Positions 9,303-18,869 are shown, numbered from the stretch's first letter. The stretch is 64,000 bases of DNA from an uncultured Comamonadaceae bacterium (GCA_964405405.1 CAYONT010000002.1:77907-141906), one strand, 5' to 3'. The notes: a model not told the origin generated them from the sequence alone. Program-made: numbers and translations.

Positions 9303-10714
9303 ATTGTAAGGAAGACCTCAACCACCCTCTTTTCGAAGCCGTCTCCACTGCGGCATCGGGACTCGGCGGCCGGGCCTTTGCCATCGGCGGGTTCGTCCGT
9401 GACTTGTTGCTCGAGCGTCCTTGCAAGGACATCGACTTCGTCACGGAAGGGAGCGGAATCGAATTGGCGCGTGCCACAGCAGCCCGCTTGGGGGTGAAGC
9501 AGGTGAGTGTCTACAAAAATTTCGGAACGGCTGCTTTCCGATTCGGTGGCTACGAATTGGAATTTGTGGGCGCCCGCAAAGAGAGTTACGACCGAGGCAG
9601 CCGCAAACCGGTGGTGGAAAACGGGACGCTGGAGGATGACCAAAACCGGCGAGACTTCACCATCAATGCGTTGGCACTCTCCCTCAACGAACCAGACTTC
9701 GGCGACCTCGTGGATCCCTTCGGAGGCATTGCCGACTTGCACCGTGGCATTTTGCGGACCCCATTGGATCCGGACGTCACTTACTCCGACGACCCCTTGC
9801 GAATGTTGCGCGCCATTCGCTTTGCCACCCAGCTCAACTTTCGCATTGATGATGCGAGCTTTACCTCCATCCAACGGAACGCAAAGCGGCTGGAAATCAT
9901 TTCCGCAGAGCGCATCCACGTAGAACTCAACAAAATCATCCTGGCCCCCAAGCCCTCTGTTGGTTTCAAGTTGTTGTTCGAATCGCGGCTCCTGCATGAA
10001 TTCTTCCCCGAAATGGTGGCCCTGCAGGGCATCGAAGTTCGCCAAGGGATTGCGCACAAAGACAATTTCTACCACACGCTCGAAGTGCTCGACAATGTGG
10101 CGGAGCATTCCGACGACCTCTGGCTCCGTTGGGCAGCCATCTTGCACGACATCGCCAAGCCTCCCACCAAGCGCTTCAGCGAGGAGCACGGTTGGACCTT
10201 CCATGGCCATGAAGACCGTGGAGCCCGCATGGTGCCCAAGCTGTTCAAACGGCTGAAGCTACCGATGGACGCCAAGATGAAATTCGTTCAGAAGTTGGTC
10301 CTCCTTCACTTGCGGCCCATCGCCCTCACCAAATCCGAAATCACAGACAGTGCCATCCGGCGCTTGCTGTTCGAAGCCGGTGATGACATCGATGCCTTGA
10401 TGACCCTGTGTCGAGCCGACATCACTTCGAAAAATGAATCCCGCGTCAAGCGGTACCTCGCAAACTACGAGGTAGTACTGGAGAAACTCAGGGAAGTCGA
10501 GGCAAAAGACCACGTCAGGAACTTCCAACCTCCCATTTCGGGAGAAGAGATCATGGCTTTGTTTGGCATTCCTCCCAGCAAGCCCATTGGAGAAATCAAA
10601 AACGCCATCAAAGAGGCCATCCTCGAGGGGGAGATTCCCAACCAGCGGGAAGCTGCGATGGAACTAACCCTGAAAATTGGTGCGGAGATGGGACTCTATC
10701 CCGTGGCATCATGA
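9299..10714 (+). CDS. cca: tRNA nucleotidyltransferase (CCA-adding) / poly(A) polymerase family protein with HD domain
   Basis: GGFVRDLLLERPCKDIDFV nucleotidyltransferase motif, RRDFTINAL, and an HD region (HDIAKP...HGHEDRG). ATG 9299 overlaps the purC stop as ATGA. Confidence 0.85.
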   Translation: MNCKEDLNHPLFEAVSTAASGLGGRAFAIGGFVRDLLLERPCKDIDFVTEGSGIELARATAARLGVKQVSVYKNFGTAAFRFGGYELEFVGARKESYDRGSRKPVVENGTLEDDQNRRDFTINALALSLNEPDFGDLVDPFGGIADLHRGILRTPLDPDVTYSDDPLRMLRAIRFATQLNFRIDDASFTSIQRNAKRLEIISAERIHVELNKIILAPKPSVGFKLLFESRLLHEFFPEMVALQGIEVRQGIAHKDNFYHTLEVLDNVAEHSDDLWLRWAAILHDIAKPPTKRFSEEHGWTFHGHEDRGARMVPKLFKRLKLPMDAKMKFVQKLVLLHLRPIALTKSEITDSAIRRLLFEAGDDIDALMTLCRADITSKNESRVKRYLANYEVVLEKLREVEAKDHVRNFQPPISGEEIMALFGIPPSKPIGEIKNAIKEAILEGEIPNQREAAMELTLKIGAEMGLYPVAS

Positions 10715-12412
10715 TCCCCCTTGGGGTTTCCAACCGTCTTTCAAGGTGACCGCTCGATTGAATACCAAAGCATGGGCTTGGCTGTATTTGCTGTCCGCCG
10801 TGAAGTACCCCAGCCGGGTGAATTGATACGGAACGCCCGGTTCGGCCGAGGCCAATGCCGGTTCGACCTTGCAATGGGACAGGACTTCGAGACTATCTGG
10901 GTTGATGTGGTTCATGAAATCCCCCGCTTCCGATCCATCCGGCTCGGGATGAATAAACAAGCGGTCGTATAGTCTCACTTCGGCGTCCACGGCGTGAGAA
11001 GCACTCACCCAATGCAAGGTGCCCTTTGCTTTCACCCCGCTGGTATCCTGGCCGCTGCGGCTATTGGGTACGCGTTCCACATGGACCTCAGTGACTTCAC
11101 CCATATCGTTCTTCACGTGCCCTGTATAACGGACGATGTAAGCCGATTTCAACCGAACCGTAGCCCCAGGAGCCAAACGAAACCATCCTTTGACCGCTTC
11201 CTCTGCAAAGTCATCCTGCTCGATCCAAAGTTCCCTTCCGAAGGGAATCGAACGCACACCGGCCTCAGGCGATTCCGGATTGACCTCAAAGTCCAGCCAC
11301 TCTATTTCGCCCGGGGCCACGTCCGTGACCACCAGTTTCAGGGGCCTGAGAACAACCATCGCCCGCTGGGCTACCCGGTTGAGGTGATCGCGCAGTGACC
11401 ATTCCAGCAACCCCACGTCAATGACATTGTTCCTTTTTGCCACCCCAACCCGCTCGGCGAACGTTCGAATCGACTCTGGCGTGTACCCTCTTCGACGCAA
11501 ACCGCTGATGGTGGGCATCCGGGGGTCGTCCCATCCATCCACCACCCCCTCTTCCACCAAGCGGAGCAACTTCCGCTTGGACATGACGGTGTAGTTGAGA
11601 TTCAATCGGGCAAATTCCGTTTGTTCACTCGGAAAAATCCCCAATTGCTCGATGAACCAATTGTAGAGCGGTCGGTGGTTTTCAAACTCCAAAGAGCACA
11701 AACTATGGGTAATGCCTTCAATAGAATCGGATTGACCATGCGCAAAGTCATACATGGGGTAGATCACCCAACGGTCACCGGTCCGGTGGTGGTGGGCGAA
11801 CTTAATCCGGTAGATGATGGGGTCGCGCATGAGCATGTTGTCATGCCCCATGTCGATCTTGGCTCGCAAAACACGACTGCCCTCCGGAAAAGCACCCGCC
11901 CGCATCGATTCAAACAATTCCCGGTTCTCTGCAGCCGTGCGGTTGCGGAAGGGACTGTCCGTCCCTGGAACACCTGGGGCGCCTTTCTGAGAAGCAATGG
12001 CTTCAGGGGTTTGGTCATCCACATAAGCCTTGCCCGCATCAATCAACTGCAGGGCATAGCCGTACAACGTTTCAAAATAGTCGCTGGTGTAGAACTCCCC
12101 TCCTTTCCACTCAAAACCCAGCCAAGCAACGTCCCGGCGGATGGCATCGACATATTCCGTGCTCTCCTTTTCGGGGTTGGTATCATCGAACCGCAGGTTG
12201 GTGACCCCACCATATTTCTGTGCCAAACCGAAGCTCACGCAAATGGCCTTGGCATGTCCGATGTGCAAGTAACCATTGGGCTCCGGTGGAAACCGGGTGT
12301 GGATACGCCCCCCATGCTTGCCGGAGGCCAAATCCGCTTCGATCTTTTGCTCAATGAAATTCAGGGATCGCTTCCCCTCCTCACCACTCCCGCTCAAATC
12401 TTCTGCCTGCAT
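10709..12412 (-). CDS. glnS: Glutamine--tRNA ligase
   Basis: 567 aa. Class I HIGH motif in RFPPEPNGYLHIGHAKAICVSFGLAQKYGGVTNLRFDDTNP, and a VMSKR (KMSKS-type) motif. Confidence 0.95.
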   Translation of the reverse strand: MQAEDLSGSGEEGKRSLNFIEQKIEADLASGKHGGRIHTRFPPEPNGYLHIGHAKAICVSFGLAQKYGGVTNLRFDDTNPEKESTEYVDAIRRDVAWLGFEWKGGEFYTSDYFETLYGYALQLIDAGKAYVDDQTPEAIASQKGAPGVPGTDSPFRNRTAAENRELFESMRAGAFPEGSRVLRAKIDMGHDNMLMRDPIIYRIKFAHHHRTGDRWVIYPMYDFAHGQSDSIEGITHSLCSLEFENHRPLYNWFIEQLGIFPSEQTEFARLNLNYTVMSKRKLLRLVEEGVVDGWDDPRMPTISGLRRRGYTPESIRTFAERVGVAKRNNVIDVGLLEWSLRDHLNRVAQRAMVVLRPLKLVVTDVAPGEIEWLDFEVNPESPEAGVRSIPFGRELWIEQDDFAEEAVKGWFRLAPGATVRLKSAYIVRYTGHVKNDMGEVTEVHVERVPNSRSGQDTSGVKAKGTLHWVSASHAVDAEVRLYDRLFIHPEPDGSEAGDFMNHINPDSLEVLSHCKVEPALASAEPGVPYQFTRLGYFTADSKYSQAHALVFNRAVTLKDGWKPQGGS

Positions 12413-12435
12413 CGTAATTTGCCCGTTGTATCGGT

Positions 12436-12443
12436 CAAATTTA
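12436..12443 (-). promoter_or_regulatory. -7 promoter box TAAATTTG for glnS
   Basis: Perfect TAnnTTTG on the minus strand, 23 nt upstream of ATG 12412. Confidence 0.4.
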
Positions 12444-12455
12444 CATCAGTCCTCC

Positions 12456-12926
12456 ATGAACCCGACCCTCTTACGCCTGGTTGCCTTCCTGGTTCTCAAT
12501 TTTGCGGCTTTGGCCATTGGAGGGCTGTTTACAGGCCCGGGAGTGGCTGATCCTGCGTATCAAGAGGCCACCCAAGCCCCTTGGACACCTCCTGGTTGGG
12601 TCTTCGGCACTGCCTGGACCTTGGTCATGCTCGCCTATGCATGGGGGTGTGCCGTGGGATTGGGACGGGTGTCGAGCAAGCGAAAATTTCTGAATCTCTA
12701 TGGGCTTCAATGGGGCCTCAACGTCTTATGGAACCCCCTTTTCTTCTACTGGGGACGAACGGGGTGGGCATGGGTAGAGATCTCTTTGCTTTTCGTCGTC
12801 GTGGCTTGGCAGTTTCTGTGGTTTCGAAAAGAGATGCGGAAAGCTGCGTGGGGGTTGGTGCCTTATCTCCTTTGGCTCTTGGTGGCCAACTCCCTCAACG
12901 GCGCGTTCTTCGTCCTCAATCCCTGA
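12456..12926 (+). CDS. tspO: TspO/MBR family tryptophan-rich sensory protein
   Basis: ORF 12276..12926 trimmed to ATG 12456 (MNPTLLRLVAFLVLNFAALAIGG...). About 156 aa with five hydrophobic segments and Trp-rich loops (PWTPPGWVFGTAWTLVM, WNPLFFYW). Confidence 0.85.
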   Translation: MNPTLLRLVAFLVLNFAALAIGGLFTGPGVADPAYQEATQAPWTPPGWVFGTAWTLVMLAYAWGCAVGLGRVSSKRKFLNLYGLQWGLNVLWNPLFFYWGRTGWAWVEISLLFVVVAWQFLWFRKEMRKAAWGLVPYLLWLLVANSLNGAFFVLNP

Positions 12927-14052
12927 ACCCCGCTTCTCGCAGCGCAGCGGCTATCTGCGGTTCATCAGCGCCCCAATGCAGGGATTCCGCCGCTCGGGCG
13001 CACGCTTGCTCCCAGTGGCTTCGAGGCTGCTGAAGCACCGCTTCGATCGCTGTTCGGATGGATTGGGGATCGTGCCCCGCTGCGATGACCCCCACGTCCC
13101 AACCCTTGACGACCTTTTCAACCTCAGGCAAAGGACTGGCCACCACGGGAATGCCCGCATGGATGTAATCAAACAACTTGTTGGGCAAACTCAGGAGGTA
13201 ATTGCCATGCACACCCTTGTCCAAAGAGAGCCCCACGTCTGCTGAAGCCGTGAACCTGCGGAGCACTTCGTAGGGCTGCTTGGACAAGCAAAAGAGGCTT
13301 TGGGCCAAATCTGCACCGGTTTGTTCTTGACGTGCCCATTCCCACTCTGGGCCGGCACCGATCAACACCAATCGGAAATGCGCTTGTCCCCGTGCCGCTT
13401 CCACCGCTTCGCGGATGCCCCGGTCGGTGTCCATGAAAGCACCTTGAAGCAACGCAATGGGCCGATCGGTTGGGATGCCGGCCTCGGAAAAGGCTTCACG
13501 GCCGTCGACCATTGCCCGTGGAGCGCGAACAGGCATGTTGCGCAACACGCGGGGCCGCCCACTTTTCGCATGGGGATAGCGTTCCTGAAGGCCTGCCGCG
13601 ATGCTGTCATTCACCGTCAGAACTGCCCGAACCTTGGGGTGCAACCATCGTTCCACTGCTAGCCAAACGCTACGTTGGAATCGCCTATGCGTCAAGCCTG
13701 CTGCTTCGGTGAAGAATTCGTGGCTATCATAAACCAAAGGCACCCTCCGAATCCGGGAAACGAGATAGGCCGGAAGCAACGTGTCTAAGTCATTCGCCCA
13801 GATTCCATCCATCCTTCGGAACAGCAGGAAGCAGAAAAATCGAACCTGCAGCGCCGCATAAAACAGCCCCCCCCTGTGAAAAAAAAGGCGCAGCCGGGTG
13901 CCATGCACGCCCGGCGGAAGGGGTTCTGAGTGGGGCAACAGGCGACCCAACAAGAACGTCTCCCAACCCAACCGGTTCAAAGTCCCACAGGTTTTCCTCA
14001 CCCGTTGGTCGTGAACCAAATCGTTCGAAACCAGAACAAAGATTCGGCCCAA
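12916..14052 (-). CDS. Glycosyltransferase, GT-B fold (GT4-like); paralog of the gene at 53784..54950
   Basis: ORF 12916..14136. I prefer the in-frame TTG at 14052 (MGRIFVLVSNDL...) for two reasons: it aligns with the paralog N-terminus MSKINVLVLNDF, and it removes a 74-nt overlap with the upstream exonuclease gene. Shared motifs: LVYDSHEF, LLQGAF, LPNKLFDYIHAGIPVVAS. Confidence 0.75.
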   Translation of the reverse strand: MGRIFVLVSNDLVHDQRVRKTCGTLNRLGWETFLLGRLLPHSEPLPPGVHGTRLRLFFHRGGLFYAALQVRFFCFLLFRRMDGIWANDLDTLLPAYLVSRIRRVPLVYDSHEFFTEAAGLTHRRFQRSVWLAVERWLHPKVRAVLTVNDSIAAGLQERYPHAKSGRPRVLRNMPVRAPRAMVDGREAFSEAGIPTDRPIALLQGAFMDTDRGIREAVEAARGQAHFRLVLIGAGPEWEWARQEQTGADLAQSLFCLSKQPYEVLRRFTASADVGLSLDKGVHGNYLLSLPNKLFDYIHAGIPVVASPLPEVEKVVKGWDVGVIAAGHDPQSIRTAIEAVLQQPRSHWEQACARAAESLHWGADEPQIAAALREAGFRD

Positions 14053-14062
14053 GGTGATGCTC

Positions 14063-14908
14063 TTAAGACCGGTTCGGAGCCATTGACTCCCGGACCAAAC
14101 GCAAAACCCGCTTGGTATACTGGGGAAAGTCAGCATCCATCATCCAGCCGTAATACCCGGGATTCTCAAGCAATACATCTTTGACCCTGCGGCCCTTGTG
14201 CTGACCGAAGTGGAAAACGACCTCCTCTTCGTCATCGTAAATGAATCGCCCCGCCAAATCCGCAAAGCGATGCTGGCGGCAGAATTCCGAAAGATCCTCC
14301 ATGTTTTGGGGAAGCGGCCCCACCGTTACACCACGCGAGTCTAACACAGTATGGTCCCGGTAGCGATCCAACTGTGCCAACAAGATCTCCAATGTGGCCT
14401 CTGCATCGGGCATGGCCTCGTGTGCATCCTCCAAGGACTTGCCACAGTAGAACAAGTAACCTGCCCGCAGGGTCCTCTGCTCCATCTTGTGAAAGATGTT
14501 CTGAACGTCGATCAAGTTCCTTCCTTCGATGCCAAAGTCAATGCCCACACGGAGAAACTCCTCCGCCAACATGGGCACGTCAAATCGGTTGCTGTTGAAT
14601 CCCCCCAAGTCGCAACCCTCGAGCAATCGAAACAGTCCCGGCGCAATTTTCCCGAAAGTATGCGCATCCTTTACATCTTCGTCCCAGATGCCATGTACCT
14701 CACTCGCCGCCCGAGGAATGGGCATTTCCGGATTCACCAAAATTCGGCTCTCTCGACCGCGTTGCTCGGGTTTCCTGAGCACCGTGCCATCTGGATGGAT
14801 CTTGATTAAGGCAATTTCGACAATCCGATCCTTACCAATTTCCGTACCGGTGGTTTCCAGGTCAAAGATGACCAGGGGACGCTTGAGTCCCAACGTTTTT
14901 AGGTCCAT
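14063..14908 (-). CDS. DnaQ-like 3'-5' exonuclease (DNA polymerase III epsilon family) with C-terminal extension
   Basis: Exo I motif VIFDLETTG near the N-terminus, plus downstream DEDD-type blocks (GFNSNRFDVPML, HEAMPDAEAT). Confidence 0.85.
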   Translation of the reverse strand: MDLKTLGLKRPLVIFDLETTGTEIGKDRIVEIALIKIHPDGTVLRKPEQRGRESRILVNPEMPIPRAASEVHGIWDEDVKDAHTFGKIAPGLFRLLEGCDLGGFNSNRFDVPMLAEEFLRVGIDFGIEGRNLIDVQNIFHKMEQRTLRAGYLFYCGKSLEDAHEAMPDAEATLEILLAQLDRYRDHTVLDSRGVTVGPLPQNMEDLSEFCRQHRFADLAGRFIYDDEEEVVFHFGQHKGRRVKDVLLENPGYYGWMMDADFPQYTKRVLRLVRESMAPNRS

Positions 14909-14910
14909 GC

Positions 14911-16290
14911 TTAGACGATGGGGCGCTGTGGATCAAAGGCCTCGAGGTAGTCTGCCACCCTGCGGACAAAGCTGCCCCCCAACATACCATCGACCACCCG
15001 GTGGTCGTAACTGTGCGACAGGAACATCATGTGGCGGATGGCGATGACATCTCCGTGGGGCGTCTCGAGAACCGCAGGCCGCTTGCGGATGGCACCCAAT
15101 GCGAGAATGCCCACTTGGGGTTGGTTGATGATGGGCGTTCCAAAAACATTCCCAAACGTCCCCACATTGGACAAGGTATAAGTCCCGCCTGCCACATCGT
15201 CCGGGGTCAGTTTGTTCGCCCGTGCCCGCGCCGAAAGATCATTCACTGCGTGGGCCAAACCGACCAAATTCAACTGATCGGCATCGCGGATCACCGGCAC
15301 AATCAGGTTTCCGGAGGGCAGTGCTGTGGCCATCCCGAGGTGGATTCGTTTGCGGAGGATGATCCGGTCCCCATCCACACTGGCATTCACACCGGGAAAA
15401 TCCCGAATGGCGCGCACAATGGCCTCTGCAAACAACGGGGTAACCGTCAACTTCTCCCCGTGCTGTTTTTCGAACGCAGCCTTGTTCTTGTCACGCCACT
15501 GCACGAGGTGCGTCACATCCGCCTCTACGAAAGAGGTGACGTGCGGACTTGTGGACACCGATCGGACCATATGATCCGCAATCAACTTGCGCATGCGGTC
15601 CATTTCGATGATCTCATCCTCAGCCCCGATGGAAACCCCGGCAACGGGTTTTGCGGGTGCGGGCGAAGCAGGCTTGACCACCACCGGTGACGAAACCGGC
15701 GTGGTCGGAGACGGAGCAATGGGCGAAACCCCAGCCGCTGGGGTAGCCTGACCGGAACGTTGTGCGAGGTAGCCCATCAGGTCCTTCTTGGTGAGCCGCC
15801 CTTCTGCTCCTGTGCCCGGAATGCCGTCCAGTTCCGATGTGGAAATGCCTTCGGTTTGGGCAATGCTGCGCACCAATGGGGAATAAAAGCGCCCATCTGC
15901 TCCCAACCGACCCGGGAGTGCGCCAGGTTCGGATGTGGCGGAAAGAGCCGCAGTCACCAGCGCCTCGGCAGCTGCTGCAGCGGGGGCCGCAGAAGGAGCC
16001 GCAGCAGTGGCTGCTGCTGCAGGAGCAACGGGTTCGGATGAAGCCCCGGCACCGACTTGGAACCGCGCGATGGGTGCACCGACCTGAACCACCTCCCCCT
16101 CCTGGACCAACCACTCCAACAACACCCCATCCTCAGGGGCTGGAACCTCGCTGTCCACCTTGTCCGTGGCGATTTCGACCATCGGCTCATCGGCCGCTAC
16201 GGATTGCCCGGGTTGAACGACCCACTTGGTGATCGTTGCCTCCGCCACACTTTCCCCCATCTTGGGGAGCAGGATTTCGATGGTAGCCAT
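14911..16290 (-). CDS. 2-oxoacid dehydrogenase complex E2 component (dihydrolipoyllysine-residue acyltransferase)
   Basis: N-terminal lipoyl domain (MVEIATDKVDSEVPAP), Ala/Pro-rich linkers, a subunit-binding domain (YSPLVRSIAQTEGI), and a C-terminal catalytic domain ending in SHSYDHRVVDG (the DHR active-site motif). Confidence 0.9.
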   Translation of the reverse strand: MATIEILLPKMGESVAEATITKWVVQPGQSVAADEPMVEIATDKVDSEVPAPEDGVLLEWLVQEGEVVQVGAPIARFQVGAGASSEPVAPAAAATAAAPSAAPAAAAAEALVTAALSATSEPGALPGRLGADGRFYSPLVRSIAQTEGISTSELDGIPGTGAEGRLTKKDLMGYLAQRSGQATPAAGVSPIAPSPTTPVSSPVVVKPASPAPAKPVAGVSIGAEDEIIEMDRMRKLIADHMVRSVSTSPHVTSFVEADVTHLVQWRDKNKAAFEKQHGEKLTVTPLFAEAIVRAIRDFPGVNASVDGDRIILRKRIHLGMATALPSGNLIVPVIRDADQLNLVGLAHAVNDLSARARANKLTPDDVAGGTYTLSNVGTFGNVFGTPIINQPQVGILALGAIRKRPAVLETPHGDVIAIRHMMFLSHSYDHRVVDGMLGGSFVRRVADYLEAFDPQRPIV

Positions 16291-16294
16291 GATT

Positions 16295-18268
16295 TCAGAT
16301 TCCTCGGCGCAAAATTAAGGCCTGCACCACGACCGATAAGTCGATTGTCCAACGATAATCTCTTGCATAGGCCAAATCCATCCGCCGCACCATCCGCTCG
16401 TCTTGGCCAGCACCTCGGCTCAATACTGCCTTCCGGAGTGCCGGAAGATGCGCCCCAGAACCGGCATATCCCACCCACGTTGCTCGTCCCAGGAGCACTT
16501 CAACTGCGGCACGGCCCCATCCCCTGCGTCCTGACAACCTGAGCGGGAGCGCCCCGAGCAGAATCAAGCTGGCGGCCACCCCGTCGAAAAGACGTTTTTG
16601 ACGGCGAACCGAGGGAACCTGGAGGGAACGCCTGAGGTCGGTCAGGGGGAACGCATCGGGCCCCCCCGAACCCATGAGGGGCTCGGTGTCGCTCCAAGCG
16701 ATCCGGAAGTCCACCCCGGAGCCCGCGGCGGAGGCCATGGCATCGATGATGTCGGCCGCAGGAACATCCCGGCCACTCAAAACGACCTCGTGCACCCGAT
16801 GAACCCGGATGGCCTCCGCCAAGTCCGCCAGCCCCCCGACGACCTCGGGCCGTCCCTCCGACCGCTCCTCCCCTCCCTCCTTCGGCACCATGCCCGTAGG
16901 TCGGAGCGCCCAGGCCCGCTCCCCGCCGACGGCGAGCGCACCGGCATCCGAAGCCCGGACCATCTGGACCATCCGGTCCAGTTCGCCCCCCGTCCCGACA
17001 TACAGCCGGCGGCGGGGCGCCTGACGCACCCAGCTCTTCGGGTGCAACCCCGTCCGCGTGAGCAGCACCGAAACCCCGGCAAACAAAGACCCCAGCAACA
17101 AAATCGCCCGCGAGAACCTCAGGTCCTCCGGAAGGAGGGCGTATCCAATGAGCAAAAAGGCGGTCGAGGCTGCCTGGGCGCGCAGGATTTGGCCTACACG
17201 CCACGGCCGCTCATATCCGCCCATCCAGGCGAGCACACCCACCCAAACCCCCGTGTACACTGCAAAAGCCCATGCCGCCAGGCGGGCATCATAAACGATG
17301 CCTGTGCCCGCCGCGTAAATCTCCATGGCGAGCCGCCAGCCCCCCCAAAGCAACACGGCATCAGACACCATCACCCCCCAACGCGAAACCAGCCGAGAAC
17401 CGATGGCCAATCCCGCCCGCGCGTAAATGGCCAATCGAATGGTCCAGGAAAGAAGCCATGCCTGGTTGCCCGCAAAATGCGTTTCCGCAAAAATGAGCAT
17501 GGCCCGATAGAACACAAGCACGTAATTCAAAGACCCCTTCTTCGTGCTCTCCCCTTTGTAATGAATAATGGATGTTCCCGTGAAATAGTGGTTCTCCCAG
17601 CCGCCTTGGATCAGCCGCCACGACAGGTCGATGTCCTCGCCGTACATAAAATAGGTTTCATCCAACAGCCCCACCTCCTCCAGGGCTTCCCGACGCAGCC
17701 ACATGAACGCCCCACTGAGGATTTCCACCGGAGCGGTTTGGGCCCGATCGATGTGGCCCATGTAGTAGCGGTTGAAGCGCTGCGTCCTAGGGGCCAAACG
17801 ATACAAACCCGTGATTTTACAGAGCGCGGCCCACGGCGTAGGCAGCCCCCGCTTGGATTCTGGAAGATACCTGCCCGAACCATCCACCATCGGCACACCC
17901 AACCCCCCCAAACGCGGTTGGGCATCTGCGTATTGCAGAACGGCCACGAATCCGTCCTCCTTCACCACGGTATCCGGATTCAACAACAGCACCCACCGCC
18001 CGGTGGTGGCCCGAATGGCCAAGTTGTTCGCCTTGGAAAAACCCAAATTCTCCGACAACGCCCACAGCTTAACATGCGCAAATCGACTGCGAACTTGAGC
18101 ACAAGAACCATCGACAGAGTGATTGTCCACCACGCATATCTCCACCCGGTAGCCGGCGCGTTCCGCTGCCTGGGCAGCACGCTCAGCCGACACCAAGCAT
18201 TGGACCAGGAAGTGCTCCACATTGTAGTTCACCACCACGACGGTGAGGTCCATTGCGGATTCAACCAT
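16295..18268 (-). CDS. Multidomain glycosyltransferase: N-terminal GT2 domain, then polytopic membrane region and Rossmann-like module (WbaP-like), then a short C-terminal sugar-transferase-like tail
   Basis: 657-aa ORF. GT2 motifs: VVVVNYNVEHFL, VVDNHSVDGS, LLLNPD, YGEDIDLSWR. The middle carries several hydrophobic helices. RRLYVGTGGELDRMV...VHEVVLSG resembles the CoA-binding-like module of WbaP/WcaJ. The C-terminus KRLFDGVAASLILLGALPL ... LLGRATWVGY ... DLAYARDYRWTIDLSVVVQALI resembles only the first helix and last third of the bacterial sugar transferase domain. The start may instead be ATG 18253. Confidence 0.75.
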   Translation of the reverse strand: MVESAMDLTVVVVNYNVEHFLVQCLVSAERAAQAAERAGYRVEICVVDNHSVDGSCAQVRSRFAHVKLWALSENLGFSKANNLAIRATTGRWVLLLNPDTVVKEDGFVAVLQYADAQPRLGGLGVPMVDGSGRYLPESKRGLPTPWAALCKITGLYRLAPRTQRFNRYYMGHIDRAQTAPVEILSGAFMWLRREALEEVGLLDETYFMYGEDIDLSWRLIQGGWENHYFTGTSIIHYKGESTKKGSLNYVLVFYRAMLIFAETHFAGNQAWLLSWTIRLAIYARAGLAIGSRLVSRWGVMVSDAVLLWGGWRLAMEIYAAGTGIVYDARLAAWAFAVYTGVWVGVLAWMGGYERPWRVGQILRAQAASTAFLLIGYALLPEDLRFSRAILLLGSLFAGVSVLLTRTGLHPKSWVRQAPRRRLYVGTGGELDRMVQMVRASDAGALAVGGERAWALRPTGMVPKEGGEERSEGRPEVVGGLADLAEAIRVHRVHEVVLSGRDVPAADIIDAMASAAGSGVDFRIAWSDTEPLMGSGGPDAFPLTDLRRSLQVPSVRRQKRLFDGVAASLILLGALPLRLSGRRGWGRAAVEVLLGRATWVGYAGSGAHLPALRKAVLSRGAGQDERMVRRMDLAYARDYRWTIDLSVVVQALILRRGI

Positions 18269-18869
18269 GGTAGGGCATGCGCGTTTTCAGCGATTGGGCC
18301 AGGGTGGCCTCGTCGGCGTGTTGGAGGTCGTCACCGACCGCTACACCGCGCGAAATGGCCGTGATGCGCAGAGGCAAATCGCCCAGTTTCCGATAGAGAT
18401 AAAAGGCCGTGGTCTCCCCCTCCATGGTCGTGGGGAGCGCAAAGATGACCTCTGCCTCCGTCGGCGCGGACCGCATGCGGTCCACCAAATCTGCCACGTA
18501 CAAATCAGCGGGGCCCACGCCATCCATGGGGCTGATGACGCCGCCCAGCACATGGTATGTTCCCCGGTAGGTTCGGAGGGACTCGATGGCCAGCAGATCC
18601 CGAACATCCTCCACCACACAAACTTGATGCGCATCCCGGGAGGGATCCTCGCAAATGACACAGAGCCCTCCCTCACACAAGTTGTGGCAGCGGCTGCATC
18701 CCCGAACCCCTTCGCGCATGGCCGTCAAGCTGCGCGCAAAGGCCTCCACGCGCTCGGCATCACGCCTCAGCAGGTGCAAGGCGAGCCGCAGCGCTGTCCT
18801 GCGTCCGATGCCCGGAAGGGAAGCAATCTGATCGACTGCCGCTTCCACCAACTTCGAGGGCAATTCCAT
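18261..18869 (-). CDS. recR: Recombination protein RecR
   Basis: ORF trimmed to ATG 18869 (MELPSKLVEAAVDQIASLPGIGRRTALRLALHLL, the HhH motif), followed by a C4 zinc finger (CSRCHNLCEGGLCVIC) and a Toprim domain. Confidence 0.92.
   Translation of the reverse strand: MELPSKLVEAAVDQIASLPGIGRRTALRLALHLLRRDAERVEAFARSLTAMREGVRGCSRCHNLCEGGLCVICEDPSRDAHQVCVVEDVRDLLAIESLRTYRGTYHVLGGVISPMDGVGPADLYVADLVDRMRSAPTEAEVIFALPTTMEGETTAFYLYRKLGDLPLRITAISRGVAVGDDLQHADEATLAQSLKTRMPYHG

Noticed and set aside
14053-14136. ATG at 14136 as the start of the GT4-like gene
   Set aside because: It would overlap the exonuclease gene by 74 nt and add 28 residues (MLTFPSIPSGFCVWSGSQWLRTGLKSIT) with no counterpart in the paralog at 53784..54950. 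TTG 14052 aligns with the paralog start. The start remains somewhat uncertain.
15940-16040. GCN-rich, quasi-repetitive DNA (gcagctgctgcagcgggggccgcagaaggagccgcagcagtggctgctgctgcagga) that looks like a tandem repeat
   Set aside because: It encodes the Ala/Pro-rich flexible linker between the lipoyl and subunit-binding domains of the E2 protein. This is low-complexity coding sequence, not a structured repeat or CRISPR array.
16598-18364. 588-aa plus-strand ORF antisense to the GT2-fusion gene and the recR 3' end
   Set aside because: The translation is rich in Arg, Pro, Gly and His with no recognisable motif. It lies in the most GC-rich part of the window, where stop codons are rare in all frames. 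The opposite strand encodes a protein with clear GT2 motifs.
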